DNA from: a virus
Length of the DNA stretch: 64,000 nt
IMG/VR virus record: IMGVR_UViG_3300031371_000001
Coordinates: 1 to 64,000 of that record
Reading direction: 5' to 3' (one strand)
The translations under genes and the position numbers were made by a program. Under the pieces are notes generated by a model, which saw only the letters and a list, made by a program, of their open reading frames with translations, ran no database searches and had not been told where the DNA came from. This document shows positions 35,142 through 44,934 of this stretch, piece after piece. Numbering within the stretch: position 1 is the stretch's first letter; each line of letters opens with the position of its first letter.

Positions 35142-36529
35142 GCCTCCGCGCCGCCCCCTCCTTCTTCGCCGTCGTCGTCTTCGCCCGCTAGTTCCTCGAA
35201 GAACATCGTTGGACGATCGACCTTCACGGGAACAAGGAATTTGTCTTCACCGTCTCGATACTTCGCCAGATATAGATCCAGAAACCGCTTCACGTCCTCG
35301 CGGCCCTTCGTCTTGCTCCGGTTGATTGAAATAATTATGTCCGCAATCCTCGACTTGTCGTAAGACTCCGCGGCGCCTTCGGCTTTGATTAGACGATCAG
35401 CCCATTCCTTCGACGCATGAGTTGACGTAATGATCGCGCAATCGAGTTCTTGTGCCAACGCTTTCAAGTCCCAATAGACGGCGGCTTGTTCGTGTCGAAA
35501 CGCCTCGAATTTTCGAACGCTTCGCATATGATCGGCACTGTCCACGATCAACAAGTCGGTTCCCTCGATCCCCCTGTCCTTCAACGAAGTCATGATCGAA
35601 CGAAGAGTATTCCCGTCGCATTGATGAACCGGGACATGGACTATCTGAACGCGCCCGTTTAGCTTGTGAGCGGCAAGCCGTTTCTTCGCATCCAAGACTT
35701 CTAGTTGTTCGGGTTCAAAGTCGAAGTTCTTGAACAGTCGCGCCGATAGGCGGCTCCATCGTGCATCGTATCGAGTAGCGACTTGATATTCCGACATTTC
35801 AAGCGTGACGTGCGTTACTTGAAACCCCATCGCCGCCGCCTTGAAACCGGAGTGAACAAGGATCATCGACTTTCCGCGCGCGGTTGGCGCAAGCATCAAA
35901 GCCAACTCGCCGCGCGCCACCCCGCCGTCAAGTGCTTCGTCTATCTTGGCGAACCCGGTTGGAACAGTCCGGAATGGATCGTCACTCGATTCAAGCCGCT
36001 TCGCTTGTCGTTCGTCCAATTCTCCGAACCAGTCCACGATCCGAACGCCTGTCGGCCGCGCGTCCCTGACGACAGCTTTCCCGACAGCTTCGTAAGCGCG
36101 ATCGGGATCCTTCTCGATCGCTTCGGTAGCTTCAACCAAAGCTATATGAAGGCGCCGCGTTCGAAGCCAGTTGTTCAGTTCTTCAAGTGCAAGCCGTGGA
36201 TAACCTTCTTCGTCGTCGTCAAAGACCTTCGCTATCAGTTCGAGCTTTTCTTCTGATCCACGCTTCGAACGTGCCGCCCGTCGTTCGAGAACGAGACGCG
36301 GCACGGCTTCATGGTGCTTCGTCCACACGTCAACGATCTGTCGATACACCCACTTCAGATCACGATCCGGCAAATCGTCGGAATCGAGCGACGTGATCAC
36401 GGACTGGAGGTAACGAGTGTCTTTCAAGCAATGATGAAACGTTTGAATCAGAATTTCGGCGGCGCTTTCGCCAATCCCGGGATCTTCTAGCATAGCGCCT
36501 CCTCGAACGAACCGCGAAGAAGCCGACAT
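35138..36529 (-). CDS. DnaB-like replicative helicase
   Basis: PTGF..ID....GG, APTARGKS, TLEM, IVDSAD, AKYRDG; start may be slightly downstream (MLED). Confidence 0.9.
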   Translation of the reverse strand: MSASSRFVRGGAMLEDPGIGESAAEILIQTFHHCLKDTRYLQSVITSLDSDDLPDRDLKWVYRQIVDVWTKHHEAVPRLVLERRAARSKRGSEEKLELIAKVFDDDEEGYPRLALEELNNWLRTRRLHIALVEATEAIEKDPDRAYEAVGKAVVRDARPTGVRIVDWFGELDERQAKRLESSDDPFRTVPTGFAKIDEALDGGVARGELALMLAPTARGKSMILVHSGFKAAAMGFQVTHVTLEMSEYQVATRYDARWSRLSARLFKNFDFEPEQLEVLDAKKRLAAHKLNGRVQIVHVPVHQCDGNTLRSIMTSLKDRGIEGTDLLIVDSADHMRSVRKFEAFRHEQAAVYWDLKALAQELDCAIITSTHASKEWADRLIKAEGAAESYDKSRIADIIISINRSKTKGREDVKRFLDLYLAKYRDGEDKFLVPVKVDRPTMFFEELAGEDDDGEEGGGGAEA

Positions 36530-37923
36530 TTCAAGCCTTCGGCCCGATAGTGCTTCAAGCGTTGCTTCGAGTGCTTTCGAAAGTCCTTGTGATTCACGTC
36601 TGCGAAGTCGAGAACGAAAGCCGTTTCCTTGCCTTCGTGCGCCGTCATGTTCCGGAGCTTTTGAATCGTGCTTCCCCGGGACGCGCCGCCGCTTGCGTTG
36701 ATCACGATTTCAGCCGGGGGAAGGTCGACCGTTTCGTTGAAGACGGTTCCGACAAGCACGCAAAGATCGGAGTCGGGATCGCAAAAGCTGTCGTAAGCTT
36801 TTCGGCGTTCCCACAATTCGACGGGTCCTGTCAGGACGGCGTGCTTGACCTTGCGCGCCTTCAAGAGTTCCCCGATCGCCTTCGCTTGTTCAATTCGACT
36901 TGTGACGACGATCACTTTCTTCCTCGCGGCGGAACAGACTTCAGCGGCGTCAACGATCTTGCGATTGCGGAAGGGATGATTCAAGAGTTCCTTGAACGCC
37001 TCTTGATAGTTTGGAGCTTCGATCCTCCCTTTGAATGGAAGGAAGAAAACCGTTGGCTCAACAAGGTAGCCGAGTTCGATCAATCGTCGCATTGAAATCG
37101 AGTAGACGATCGGACCCGCGATCGCCCGCAACCAAATATCCTCCTCGTTTACTTCGCGTTCGTCAAGGTAAATCGTGCCGCTGAATCCCACTTTGTACGG
37201 AACGTCAAGCCCCTCGACAAACGAACGCCAGCCCTTGCCCTTCTTTCCTTTCGTGTAGTGGTGGAATTCATCTATCAACAGGAGGGAAACGTCCTTGAAA
37301 AGTGCCTCCGCTTCACGCTTATCGAACGACGACGATTGAACGGACGCGATAGTGATCGGGCGTGCCGATCGCTTCCCGTCACCGAAGACTCCGACCTCCC
37401 CGCGGCCGAATACCTTTCGGAATACCTTGTATGTTTGCTGAAGCGCGCTTTTCGATCCGACAAGGACGACGCAACGGCGCCCGTGCTTGTGAGCTATTCG
37501 AGCTTGAATGATCGTCTTCCCGCTTCGGATCGGGGACCGGACGATTCCGTGAAGATTCCCGATCCCTCCCCTGAAGACGGATTCGACGGCGGCCGTTTGA
37601 AAGTCGCGCGCCTCGAATTCCGCCGGCCACTCCGGACACTCGATCGCCTTGTCCGGGAAGTCCCTCCCTTCGATAATCTTGAAATCGCCAAGCGCCTCCA
37701 AGCTTTCGATCGCTTCGTCCCACAATCCGAAAGGCAAGTGTGCGCCCTTGCTGTTGACACGAAGAAGGCGGACCCTTCCATCCCAACGCCCCTCCCGGAA
37801 CGCCGGCGTGAACTGGAAGCCTTTGACCCTGTAGCTTGTGCGCCTGTCAAGTCGTCGGAGCGCCGCCCGTGAAATGGCCCCCCGAATTAGAAGCCTTTGA
37901 GAAGTGATCCCTAGCCTGTTCAC
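36487..37923 (-). CDS. superfamily 2 helicase (UvsW/XPB-like)
   Basis: RDFQ, PIRSGKT, IDEFHH, GFSGT, ETVDLP, LDFAD. Confidence 0.88.
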   Translation of the reverse strand: MNRLGITSQRLLIRGAISRAALRRLDRRTSYRVKGFQFTPAFREGRWDGRVRLLRVNSKGAHLPFGLWDEAIESLEALGDFKIIEGRDFPDKAIECPEWPAEFEARDFQTAAVESVFRGGIGNLHGIVRSPIRSGKTIIQARIAHKHGRRCVVLVGSKSALQQTYKVFRKVFGRGEVGVFGDGKRSARPITIASVQSSSFDKREAEALFKDVSLLLIDEFHHYTKGKKGKGWRSFVEGLDVPYKVGFSGTIYLDEREVNEEDIWLRAIAGPIVYSISMRRLIELGYLVEPTVFFLPFKGRIEAPNYQEAFKELLNHPFRNRKIVDAAEVCSAARKKVIVVTSRIEQAKAIGELLKARKVKHAVLTGPVELWERRKAYDSFCDPDSDLCVLVGTVFNETVDLPPAEIVINASGGASRGSTIQKLRNMTAHEGKETAFVLDFADVNHKDFRKHSKQRLKHYRAEGLKCRLLRGSFEEALC

Positions 37924-37934
37924 TCAATCGACCC

Positions 37935-37984
37935 AAAAAGAAAATTTCGCCCTTCCCTTTCGGCCGAAGCCTCCAGGGAAGGGC
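37935..37984 (-). terminator. intrinsic terminator ending the late/lysis transcript
   Basis: 10-bp stem (37949-37958 / 37975-37984) followed on the minus strand by GAAATTTTCTTTTT. Confidence 0.6.
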
Positions 37985-38050
37985 TAGGTTTGGGAACAAC
38001 GGAGGTGTTCGGCCTCCTACTTGATCACTATGGCAAACGAACGACGGAGA
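37985..38050. promoter_or_regulatory. inverted copy of the early-gene leader motif (candidate antisense/decoy RNA element)
   Basis: Plus strand TAGGTTTGGGAACAACGGAGG (37985-38005) with a second degenerate copy CGAACGACGGAG; opposite orientation to all other copies. Confidence 0.45.
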
Positions 38051-38051
38051 T

Positions 38052-38426
38052 TCAAGGAATGTCCTTACAAGATGCCGTCTTCTTCGAATGGCACTCGATC
38101 CGATGTTTGAGTAACTTTCGATCGGTATCGCCGTCAACGGCTTCGAGGATTTCTTCTTTCATCACCTTCTGTTCGTCAGAAAGATCGGACACGTCGTCGG
38201 ACACGTCTTCGATCGCATCGGTGTTCTTGTTCACCTGTTCGATCACTTCGTATTTAGTATCCTTGATGTCCGCTCGAAGCGTGTTCGTCATTTGGAAATA
38301 GAAAGTGATCCCTCCACCGATGATCACAATGATCTGAATTGCAAGAGGGATCGCGATCTTTGCGTGTCCATTGATGACGAATTTCCGGGGGGGTATGCTC
38401 GGTTTGACTTCGCTACTAGATGACAT
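38052..38426 (-). CDS. membrane-anchored coiled-coil protein (lysis accessory; i-spanin/holin-like topology)
   Basis: One TM segment then a coiled coil with terminal Cys pair; last gene of the lysis cluster. Confidence 0.55.
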   Translation of the reverse strand: MSSSSEVKPSIPPRKFVINGHAKIAIPLAIQIIVIIGGGITFYFQMTNTLRADIKDTKYEVIEQVNKNTDAIEDVSDDVSDLSDEQKVMKEEILEAVDGDTDRKLLKHRIECHSKKTASCKDIP

Positions 38427-38459
38427 TTACCGACTCCGAACGAAATAGGTTTTCTGCCG

Positions 38460-38684
38460 TTATATCGGAAGCCCCAAGGCTTCGCGTTGCGCCGTCTTGA
38501 TCTTGTCGTTGAATTCGGTTCGGTATTCGTCAGGGATCAGTTTGCGGACCTCATGATCCGTCACGTCGTCGCCAGCCATCGCCTTGACAACGAAATCTCG
38601 AATCTTCGGAGCAATGTACTTGACGACTTCGAACACGAGACTTGCGATAGCCGCGGCTTGCGCGGGATCGATCTTCTTCGTCAT
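38460..38684 (-). CDS. small hypothetical protein (lysis cluster)
   Basis: MTKKIDPAQ..., GGAGG RBS, ATGA overlap. Confidence 0.7.
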   Translation of the reverse strand: MTKKIDPAQAAAIASLVFEVVKYIAPKIRDFVVKAMAGDDVTDHEVRKLIPDEYRTEFNDKIKTAQREALGLPI

Positions 38685-39259
38685 GATCCACCTCCGGAAA
38701 GGTATTCGTAACAGACCGAATCTTTCAACGCCTCGAAGGTGAATGCGAATTCGATCTTCGGCCGCCCGATCAATCCCGACAGGAACCCCCAAACCTTATC
38801 GAGCATTTCCGGAAGCTCGATCCCCCATAGCTTCAGCATATTGATCACCCCGTCGATCGCGGCGATCACTGAAACGGAAAGGTCAAGCCATTTCGACTTA
38901 CTGGATAGAACGTCACTCCAATCGGCGTCGGTTGAAGTTCCGAGTTCCTTCCGAGTCTCGTATGTATCGAGCGCCTTTTCCCAAAGGAGGATCGCGTCGA
39001 GTGCCTCCGTCAGAAGGACCCTCGTTTGAGCCAGCATGAAGGCCGCGATCTTGTTCCGGCAATACGCAACGGTATCCTCCGGGGGAGCATTCCCGTAAAG
39101 ACCGTCGATCGTCTTGTCGGTTGTGTCGGCCGCGATTGCGGACGCTTCGACGGCTAGTCTCGCATCCTTGATCCCGTTGTGCTGTTTGCGGACAGCACAA
39201 GCGACAGACGTTAGAGAAAAGGCGAGAAGGACAACAAGGAAAAGGCTTCGCCGCTTCAT
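38681..39259 (-). CDS. lipoprotein (lysis cluster)
   Basis: MKRRSLFLVVLLAFSLTSVA-C lipobox-like signal; ATGA overlap. Confidence 0.7.
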   Translation of the reverse strand: MKRRSLFLVVLLAFSLTSVACAVRKQHNGIKDARLAVEASAIAADTTDKTIDGLYGNAPPEDTVAYCRNKIAAFMLAQTRVLLTEALDAILLWEKALDTYETRKELGTSTDADWSDVLSSKSKWLDLSVSVIAAIDGVINMLKLWGIELPEMLDKVWGFLSGLIGRPKIEFAFTFEALKDSVCYEYLSGGGS

Positions 39260-39834
39260 GATCTCTTTTCCCTTTCGTTCTTCGACGTGACAACGGAAAT
39301 GAATTCGTGGAATCCGCTCGATCCGAGTCCAGCAAGGACGCCAGCAAGGATCGTCGCAAAGACGCTTTGCCCCGTGTAGAAAGCGGACACGGCGCCTCCG
39401 AATCCACCGAAGATCGCGGCGAGAACAGGGCGAAGCCATTTGATCCCATTCGCCTTCAGGAACCGATCGAGGGGTCCGAACTTCGATGCAAGAACGAGCA
39501 AGTAAGCGATCATCATGACGCCAACAAGCCAGCCGAATTGTTGCCAGTTGTCGATCGTCTTCATGACGGTGCCGCCGATTTCTTCGATCTCCGTCTCGCC
39601 TTCAGGAACGACGGGAACGACGGGCGCCTCCTTGATCTCGGCTTTCGCAACGGGCGCCGCAACGATTGGAGCCGCAACGGGCGCCGGCGTCTCGACGGGC
39701 GCCGGGACGGCAACGGGATTGTCGGGAGTGACAGCCGCGGGCGCCGAAGCGTCCGGGGCTTGCGCCACGGTTGCCGGCGCAACCGAAAGGAAGCACGCGG
39801 CGAGAAGAACGAACAACAGACTTCGAGGCTTCAT
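39256..39834 (-). CDS. holin-like membrane protein with signal peptide and Pro/Ala linker
   Basis: N-terminal signal, PA-rich linker, three C-terminal hydrophobic segments with GVLAGLGSSG.HE; adjacent to the endolysin. Confidence 0.6.
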   Translation of the reverse strand: MKPRSLLFVLLAACFLSVAPATVAQAPDASAPAAVTPDNPVAVPAPVETPAPVAAPIVAAPVAKAEIKEAPVVPVVPEGETEIEEIGGTVMKTIDNWQQFGWLVGVMMIAYLLVLASKFGPLDRFLKANGIKWLRPVLAAIFGGFGGAVSAFYTGQSVFATILAGVLAGLGSSGFHEFISVVTSKNEREKRS

Positions 39835-39859
39835 GAGTTCCCTCCTTGTTCTTAGGTTG

Positions 39860-39888
39860 ACGATAGAAGCTTATTCGCCCGTCGTCAA
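39860..39888 (-). promoter_or_regulatory. candidate internal promoter for the holin/lipoprotein genes
   Basis: TTGACG-N17-TATCGT upstream of an AAGGAGG RBS. Confidence 0.45.
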
Positions 39889-40776
39889 GATTGCACGGGC
39901 GGCGTTGACATCGAATGGCGGTTGTGGATCTACCTTCTTCGGTGTGTAATCGTTATGTCTTCCGATCAACTCGACAGGGATCGAATAGGCTTCAACGACA
40001 GCCCGCAAGACTTCGATCCACGTCTGAACCTGAAGTTCAGAAGGTTTCTGATAGACACGCTTCCCAACCGTGACGGTTGGGAGGTTCTTCCAGGACGGGT
40101 GAGCCTTCAGACGTTTCGCTCCGATCTGTCCGACGTTCATAATCTCGATCCCAAAGCCTACAGCATTCGGGGACCACACGATCCGATCCTTTCCGTGCGC
40201 GTCCGTGACGTGCGGCCATTGCACGTTTTTTCCGTCGAACCGAATGTCTCCGTCGAGAGTCTTGATCACCTGCCCCTTGTATTTCTTGCGCCACTCCCAA
40301 AGCTTGCCGGGACCGGCATTCCAGCTTCCGACAGTTTCGAAGTTCGGCGTGTATTGGCAGACGAAAACGCGGCCGTCCTTTTCCATCCCGATGCAAATTT
40401 CCCAACTTGCCTTTCGAGGCTTCCCCGCGTTTTGCAAGCAAAGCGAAACGGCGTCAGGGATGAATCCGATCGCTTCGAGATCCGATCGCAGTTCGTCAAC
40501 GCAAGACGGAACGATCTTCGCCTTTGCAAGTAGCTTGTCGAGATCCTTGATCGTGCGATGCGAAGCGATAACCGCCGTGTAATGATTCTGGACGACAAGA
40601 GGCTTGCCCCCGGTCCACTCCGGGCGATCGTAATACTTCCAGCTTGTCGGAGCATAGATCACGTCCGGGCCGATCAAGCGCCCGTCTTCGATCCGATACC
40701 TTCCGGGAGATTCCATCGAACCCGCGTTTGGAATCGGCTTCGGTCCTCCTGGAATCAAATCAAGCCTGTCGTCCAT
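39871..40776 (-). CDS. endolysin, N-acetylmuramoyl-L-alanine amidase (Amidase_2-like)
   Basis: NHYTA, W.AG, N...GIEI.N, Q......L......Y.I....I.RH.D....K.DP. Confidence 0.8.
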   Translation of the reverse strand: MDDRLDLIPGGPKPIPNAGSMESPGRYRIEDGRLIGPDVIYAPTSWKYYDRPEWTGGKPLVVQNHYTAVIASHRTIKDLDKLLAKAKIVPSCVDELRSDLEAIGFIPDAVSLCLQNAGKPRKASWEICIGMEKDGRVFVCQYTPNFETVGSWNAGPGKLWEWRKKYKGQVIKTLDGDIRFDGKNVQWPHVTDAHGKDRIVWSPNAVGFGIEIMNVGQIGAKRLKAHPSWKNLPTVTVGKRVYQKPSELQVQTWIEVLRAVVEAYSIPVELIGRHNDYTPKKVDPQPPFDVNAARAILTTGE

Positions 40777-40839
40777 CTTTCAGCCTTCCTCGGCTCTCGG
40801 ATCCGGCTCCGGTTCGTCGCCGTCAGAATTGCGAGTTTC

Positions 40840-41328
40840 TTACGATTTTTCGTCCGTTTCAGGAGGCGCCCCGCCGTCCGCATCCGCGCCGTCAGGACCG
40901 GAGCCTTCAGCGTCCACGGAGGCGCCCGCACTTGCCACCTGAAGCCCGTTTCCGCCTTCCCCCTTGTCCTTGTCCGTGTCGGGGACTGAAGCGCCTGAAG
41001 GGGACAATTTGCCCCCTGGCAAGGAAGCCAGCGCGTCCGCCCGGATCGCGGCCTCCTCCTTCTTCATTTGCTGAAGCATTTCGAGCGCCCCAAGCCCCTT
41101 CAGAAGTTGCTGTTTCACTTCCTCCCGCTTCGCGTCCAGTTGCTTCAAAGCCGCGTCGAGGGATTGGACTTGCTGTTGCGTTTGCTTGATCTTCTGATCC
41201 AGGTAGCTCGATTGTCCCTTCGACTTGCGCGGATCGGACAAGTCGGGACGCGGCTTGCGGGGTCCGACTTGTGACAATTCGGCAACGGGCGGCGGTTGAC
41301 GGTGTTCCTTACGACGATCTTTCGACAT
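40840..41328 (-). CDS. coiled-coil hypothetical protein (possible fibre chaperone)
   Basis: AGGAGG RBS; directly follows the tail fibre. Confidence 0.65.
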   Translation of the reverse strand: MSKDRRKEHRQPPPVAELSQVGPRKPRPDLSDPRKSKGQSSYLDQKIKQTQQQVQSLDAALKQLDAKREEVKQQLLKGLGALEMLQQMKKEEAAIRADALASLPGGKLSPSGASVPDTDKDKGEGGNGLQVASAGASVDAEGSGPDGADADGGAPPETDEKS

Positions 41329-41354
41329 GATTCCTCCTGCCCTTCTTCTATGGA

Positions 41355-44300
41355 TTAGGGGGGAGTTATGTTATGCGCGAGATCGTTTCCGGTTCCTGCG
41401 TCAGCCGTTGAAGCCTGATTCGCGATCACCTCGTTATTGTCCGCACCGGCAACAAGGTTGATCCCGATAGTCCCCGGCGTCTTCACGACGTTTCCGTAAA
41501 TCGTGCAATTGTCCGCACCGCTTGTCGTATTGATCCCGTAGGAACCAGGGAGATAAATCACGTTGTTGCCAACCGAGTTCAAGGCACCGTCGAGAAGGAT
41601 TCCTTCGACGGCTTGATCCTGAAGATAGTTGTTCGAGATAACGCAACGTTCGGAAGTCGGGTAGCCGCTGATCCCCGTCTCGCCTCCTTCGATCGAGTTC
41701 CCGATCACAACGATCCCGTCTTCGCCTCCAAGGTCGATCCCGATCGATGTCGAAGCGGCGTTCTCGTAAACGGAAATGATATTCCCTTCAACGATCGTGC
41801 CTGCGGCTCCCGACAGGGTTATTCCGTCAACCCCGTCGTCGTAGCAATAGACGTGATTCCCGACAATGAGGTAATCCGTACCAGGGCCGGCCGTTATCCC
41901 TGACTCGATCGCGCTATCTACGCCAGCGCCTCCAACATAGTTCCCGACGATCGCAACCCCGTCCTTCGTCGGACAAATGATCCCGGTTGCTCCAATGGTG
42001 AAGACTTGATTTGCTTCAACCCTTGCGCCGTCAGTCTGAAAAGCTCCGGAAACTTGAACCCCAAAGGCGTTCGATCCTCGATAGCCCTGAACTTGATTCC
42101 CGACAACGGTTGTGAACGTGCCTCCAATCGTCGCCGTCGAAGCAACCTCGATCGCCGTTCTCGAACTCGCATCCCCGGAATCCCCTCCGTTTGCAACAGC
42201 GTTATAACAGACGAACGATTGACTGTCGCAAAGGATAGCATTCACCATGAATGCCGACGTTGCTCCAAGCTTGTTCAGACAACCGTTATAGATGATCTGG
42301 CAATTCTCGGTTCCGCCGAGATCGATCCCATGATCGTAAGGGGCGGGATCGCCAATGATGACATTGTGAGCAACAAGCACTTCTTCGGAATTGATGCACT
42401 TGATCCCCTCCAAGTGCTGTCCAATCCCCATATCGTTCTGAAGGTAGTTGTCGCGAATAAAGACCCTCGAAGAACCGTCCCCAACGTCAATAGTGATCAC
42501 CGTTGTTGAAGGCGTCCCGCCTGTCGATCCTTTGCTAACCGCGTTTTGCTCGATATAGACGTAATCGAAAGAGCCTCCCGCACCGTCGAACAACGCGAGA
42601 TCGCCATAGACGAAACAGCCTTTGATGATCAAGAACGCGAACGTTGCGCCTGTTGCTTCAACAAGCCCTGTCGTCCCTCCGTAGCAAAGGCCAGCGGACG
42701 GAATCAAGTAGACCCCATCCATTTCGAGAAATTGCCCTGTCGTCGTTACGGCGTTCGCATTCACGACATAGGCGTTGTCGATAGCCGGCGTCCCCGTGTT
42801 CGTATAATAGAAGATCGCTTGTCGGATCGAGAACCCGGAGAATCCATCCGATAGGTAGAAGTAAGGGCCGTCACCGTCCCATTCAAGCCGATACTCGAAG
42901 CTCCCGATGATCTCCAGCCCTTCGATCGTTGCAGGGACGGTGATCCCGTTTCCGCTGTAAGTCGGAACATCCCCGATCACCCGAAGGCGATAACGCCGGC
43001 GACGTGTCGAGGCGGACGACGTTTGCGAAAGCATATCGAGATAATCGATCGCGGTTTGAAAGTCCGGGAAGTGTCCGCTATCTCCGACCGTGTATTCAAG
43101 CACGTCGTCGGCACCGTGCGCCGTCATGCGGCGCGCGTCCCTCCAAAGTGTGACGCTCGAACCGTCAGTCTCGACATAGGCGAGAACGGCACCTCCATCG
43201 TAAGCTGTATTTGCAACGGTCGTGAACACGAGTCCGCCATTGCTGGCAACGTAAACCCATCCTTGCGAAGAAGCCGGAAGGGTGACAAGTTGCGGGGAAG
43301 CCCATTCAACCCGCTTGCCATAGACGATCGCTTCGCCGGCGGCAAAGACGATCCGGATCGGAGCCGTCAACGTTACCGTCACGTTCATTCCGGAAATGAT
43401 CGTGTTTCCAAGCGCCGCAGCGAATTCGTCAAGGTGATCGTCTATCCCGCCAAGAATGCTTTGATGATAGGTGTTAAGTGAAGCGTAACCGACCTCCGAC
43501 AGTGCGACGGGCGATCCCATCAAAGAATCCTGGAATTGCATTGATGTGAAGTTCGCGACGAAAAGCCCTTTGTCGGATCGGATCTCTCCTTCGACGTTCA
43601 GTTTCAGTTCATACGTCGCGTCGAGATTTTGCATGAAGATCGAGAAGTCAGCCGCCGCATAGTTCGCGTTCATAAAAAGGCTAGGACCGTTCAGGTATTG
43701 ATCCAGACTTCCAAACGAATTCGTCAAAACGAAATTCGGTGAAATCACCGCCGAACCGTCCCCGATTTCGACATCATGAGTGAACAGCGCGCCAACGCCG
43801 CCGCCCGCTCCGAGGTTCTCGAAGCGAACCGTTCGAGTCGCCGCTTGCGCGTCGTTCCTTCCGAAGTAGAACGCCGGCACCGTTTCGTCTGCGAAGATTT
43901 CCCAATCGACATTAGATCCGCCGGCAGGATCGAATTTGATCGCCGGCGTCTTCGTCGTGCTATTGTCGAATTCAGCGTCCTTCGAAAACCAAGCTCGAAG
44001 ATCCGTGATCGTCAAGACGTTCCCAAGCGAGTTATCCCAAACGCTGATTTGCGGTTCGTCAACGTCCAATGCGTCCGCCGTGACGCGGATCTTGACCTTC
44101 CCGTGCGCGTCCTTGTAGAGAACCTCCGCAACGTCGGCAACAACGTCGAAGACGGTTTGTTGTGTAGTGTCGAACGTCGAAGGCGCAAATCCAGCGCCGG
44201 CGCCTTGAACGGCTCCGATATAGCAAAGCCCCGGAGTTCCCTTCAGCGTCCCCGGAGCGCCAACCGCCCGAACGCTTGGACCGTCAACAAGGACTTCGTA

Positions 44301-44921
44301 ATCGGCGGCGACAAGTGAAGGCGTCGATTGTCCAAGCGTCCCCGTGATCGTGACAATGTTTTGCGTCCCACTCCAAGTGATATTCACAGTCTCGAATGCA
44401 GTTGCGGGAACATTCGTCGCCGCCTTGCCAGTCAACCAAACCGTCGCACTTCTTCCAGCGTGCGAAGTTCCAGGGCCTCCGAGCAACGTGTCAACGACGA
44501 ATTGAAGTCCAGGTCCGGGAAAAGTTACGGAATCAGGGTTGCCAAGATCCCCGATCGCTTCTTCCGTGTTCTCATATTCAAATTCACCCGTGCGCGGGTT
44601 CGTTTCGATGTTTTGATCCGGGACTTCCTGATAAAAGAAGCCGACGTCATACCATTGAAGATTCGTGTTCTCGAAAGACCAGTTGCCGGCAACTGCGGCA
44701 AGGTGTCTTCCCTGATCGTCCATTCCGTCAAGTGCCGAAAGGTCGAACATATCGGGAGCGGATCCAGTGATCGCCACGGCTGAAAATACGCCTTCACCGA
44801 AGACAAGGGAAATCAGATCCGCGCTTTTGTCCTTCAAGTAATCGAAAAACTTGGTTTGAAGCGCAACGTCACCAATGATCTTTTTTCCGTATAGGTGAAC
44901 GAAGCTATCGCCCGTTGCCAT
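41355..44921 (-). CDS. tail fibre/tailspike with C-terminal right-handed beta-helix (putative depolymerase)
   Basis: 1188 aa after the baseplate wedge genes; TVG..G.F...Q.AI entry motif and many I.GN/V.GN repeats. Confidence 0.85.
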   Translation of the reverse strand: MATGDSFVHLYGKKIIGDVALQTKFFDYLKDKSADLISLVFGEGVFSAVAITGSAPDMFDLSALDGMDDQGRHLAAVAGNWSFENTNLQWYDVGFFYQEVPDQNIETNPRTGEFEYENTEEAIGDLGNPDSVTFPGPGLQFVVDTLLGGPGTSHAGRSATVWLTGKAATNVPATAFETVNITWSGTQNIVTITGTLGQSTPSLVAADYEVLVDGPSVRAVGAPGTLKGTPGLCYIGAVQGAGAGFAPSTFDTTQQTVFDVVADVAEVLYKDAHGKVKIRVTADALDVDEPQISVWDNSLGNVLTITDLRAWFSKDAEFDNSTTKTPAIKFDPAGGSNVDWEIFADETVPAFYFGRNDAQAATRTVRFENLGAGGGVGALFTHDVEIGDGSAVISPNFVLTNSFGSLDQYLNGPSLFMNANYAAADFSIFMQNLDATYELKLNVEGEIRSDKGLFVANFTSMQFQDSLMGSPVALSEVGYASLNTYHQSILGGIDDHLDEFAAALGNTIISGMNVTVTLTAPIRIVFAAGEAIVYGKRVEWASPQLVTLPASSQGWVYVASNGGLVFTTVANTAYDGGAVLAYVETDGSSVTLWRDARRMTAHGADDVLEYTVGDSGHFPDFQTAIDYLDMLSQTSSASTRRRRYRLRVIGDVPTYSGNGITVPATIEGLEIIGSFEYRLEWDGDGPYFYLSDGFSGFSIRQAIFYYTNTGTPAIDNAYVVNANAVTTTGQFLEMDGVYLIPSAGLCYGGTTGLVEATGATFAFLIIKGCFVYGDLALFDGAGGSFDYVYIEQNAVSKGSTGGTPSTTVITIDVGDGSSRVFIRDNYLQNDMGIGQHLEGIKCINSEEVLVAHNVIIGDPAPYDHGIDLGGTENCQIIYNGCLNKLGATSAFMVNAILCDSQSFVCYNAVANGGDSGDASSRTAIEVASTATIGGTFTTVVGNQVQGYRGSNAFGVQVSGAFQTDGARVEANQVFTIGATGIICPTKDGVAIVGNYVGGAGVDSAIESGITAGPGTDYLIVGNHVYCYDDGVDGITLSGAAGTIVEGNIISVYENAASTSIGIDLGGEDGIVVIGNSIEGGETGISGYPTSERCVISNNYLQDQAVEGILLDGALNSVGNNVIYLPGSYGINTTSGADNCTIYGNVVKTPGTIGINLVAGADNNEVIANQASTADAGTGNDLAHNITPP

Positions 44922-44934
44922 TTAAAGCCTCCGG

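Noticed and set aside
37990-38301. Plus-strand ORF starting MGTTEV, resembling the leader peptides
   Set aside because: It is mostly antisense to 38052..38426 with a TTG start and no RBS; the resemblance just reflects the inverted leader motif.
5042-44921. Diversity-generating retroelement or invertible fibre cassette linking the two fibre modules
   Set aside because: No reverse transcriptase, invertase or template/variable repeat pair was seen.
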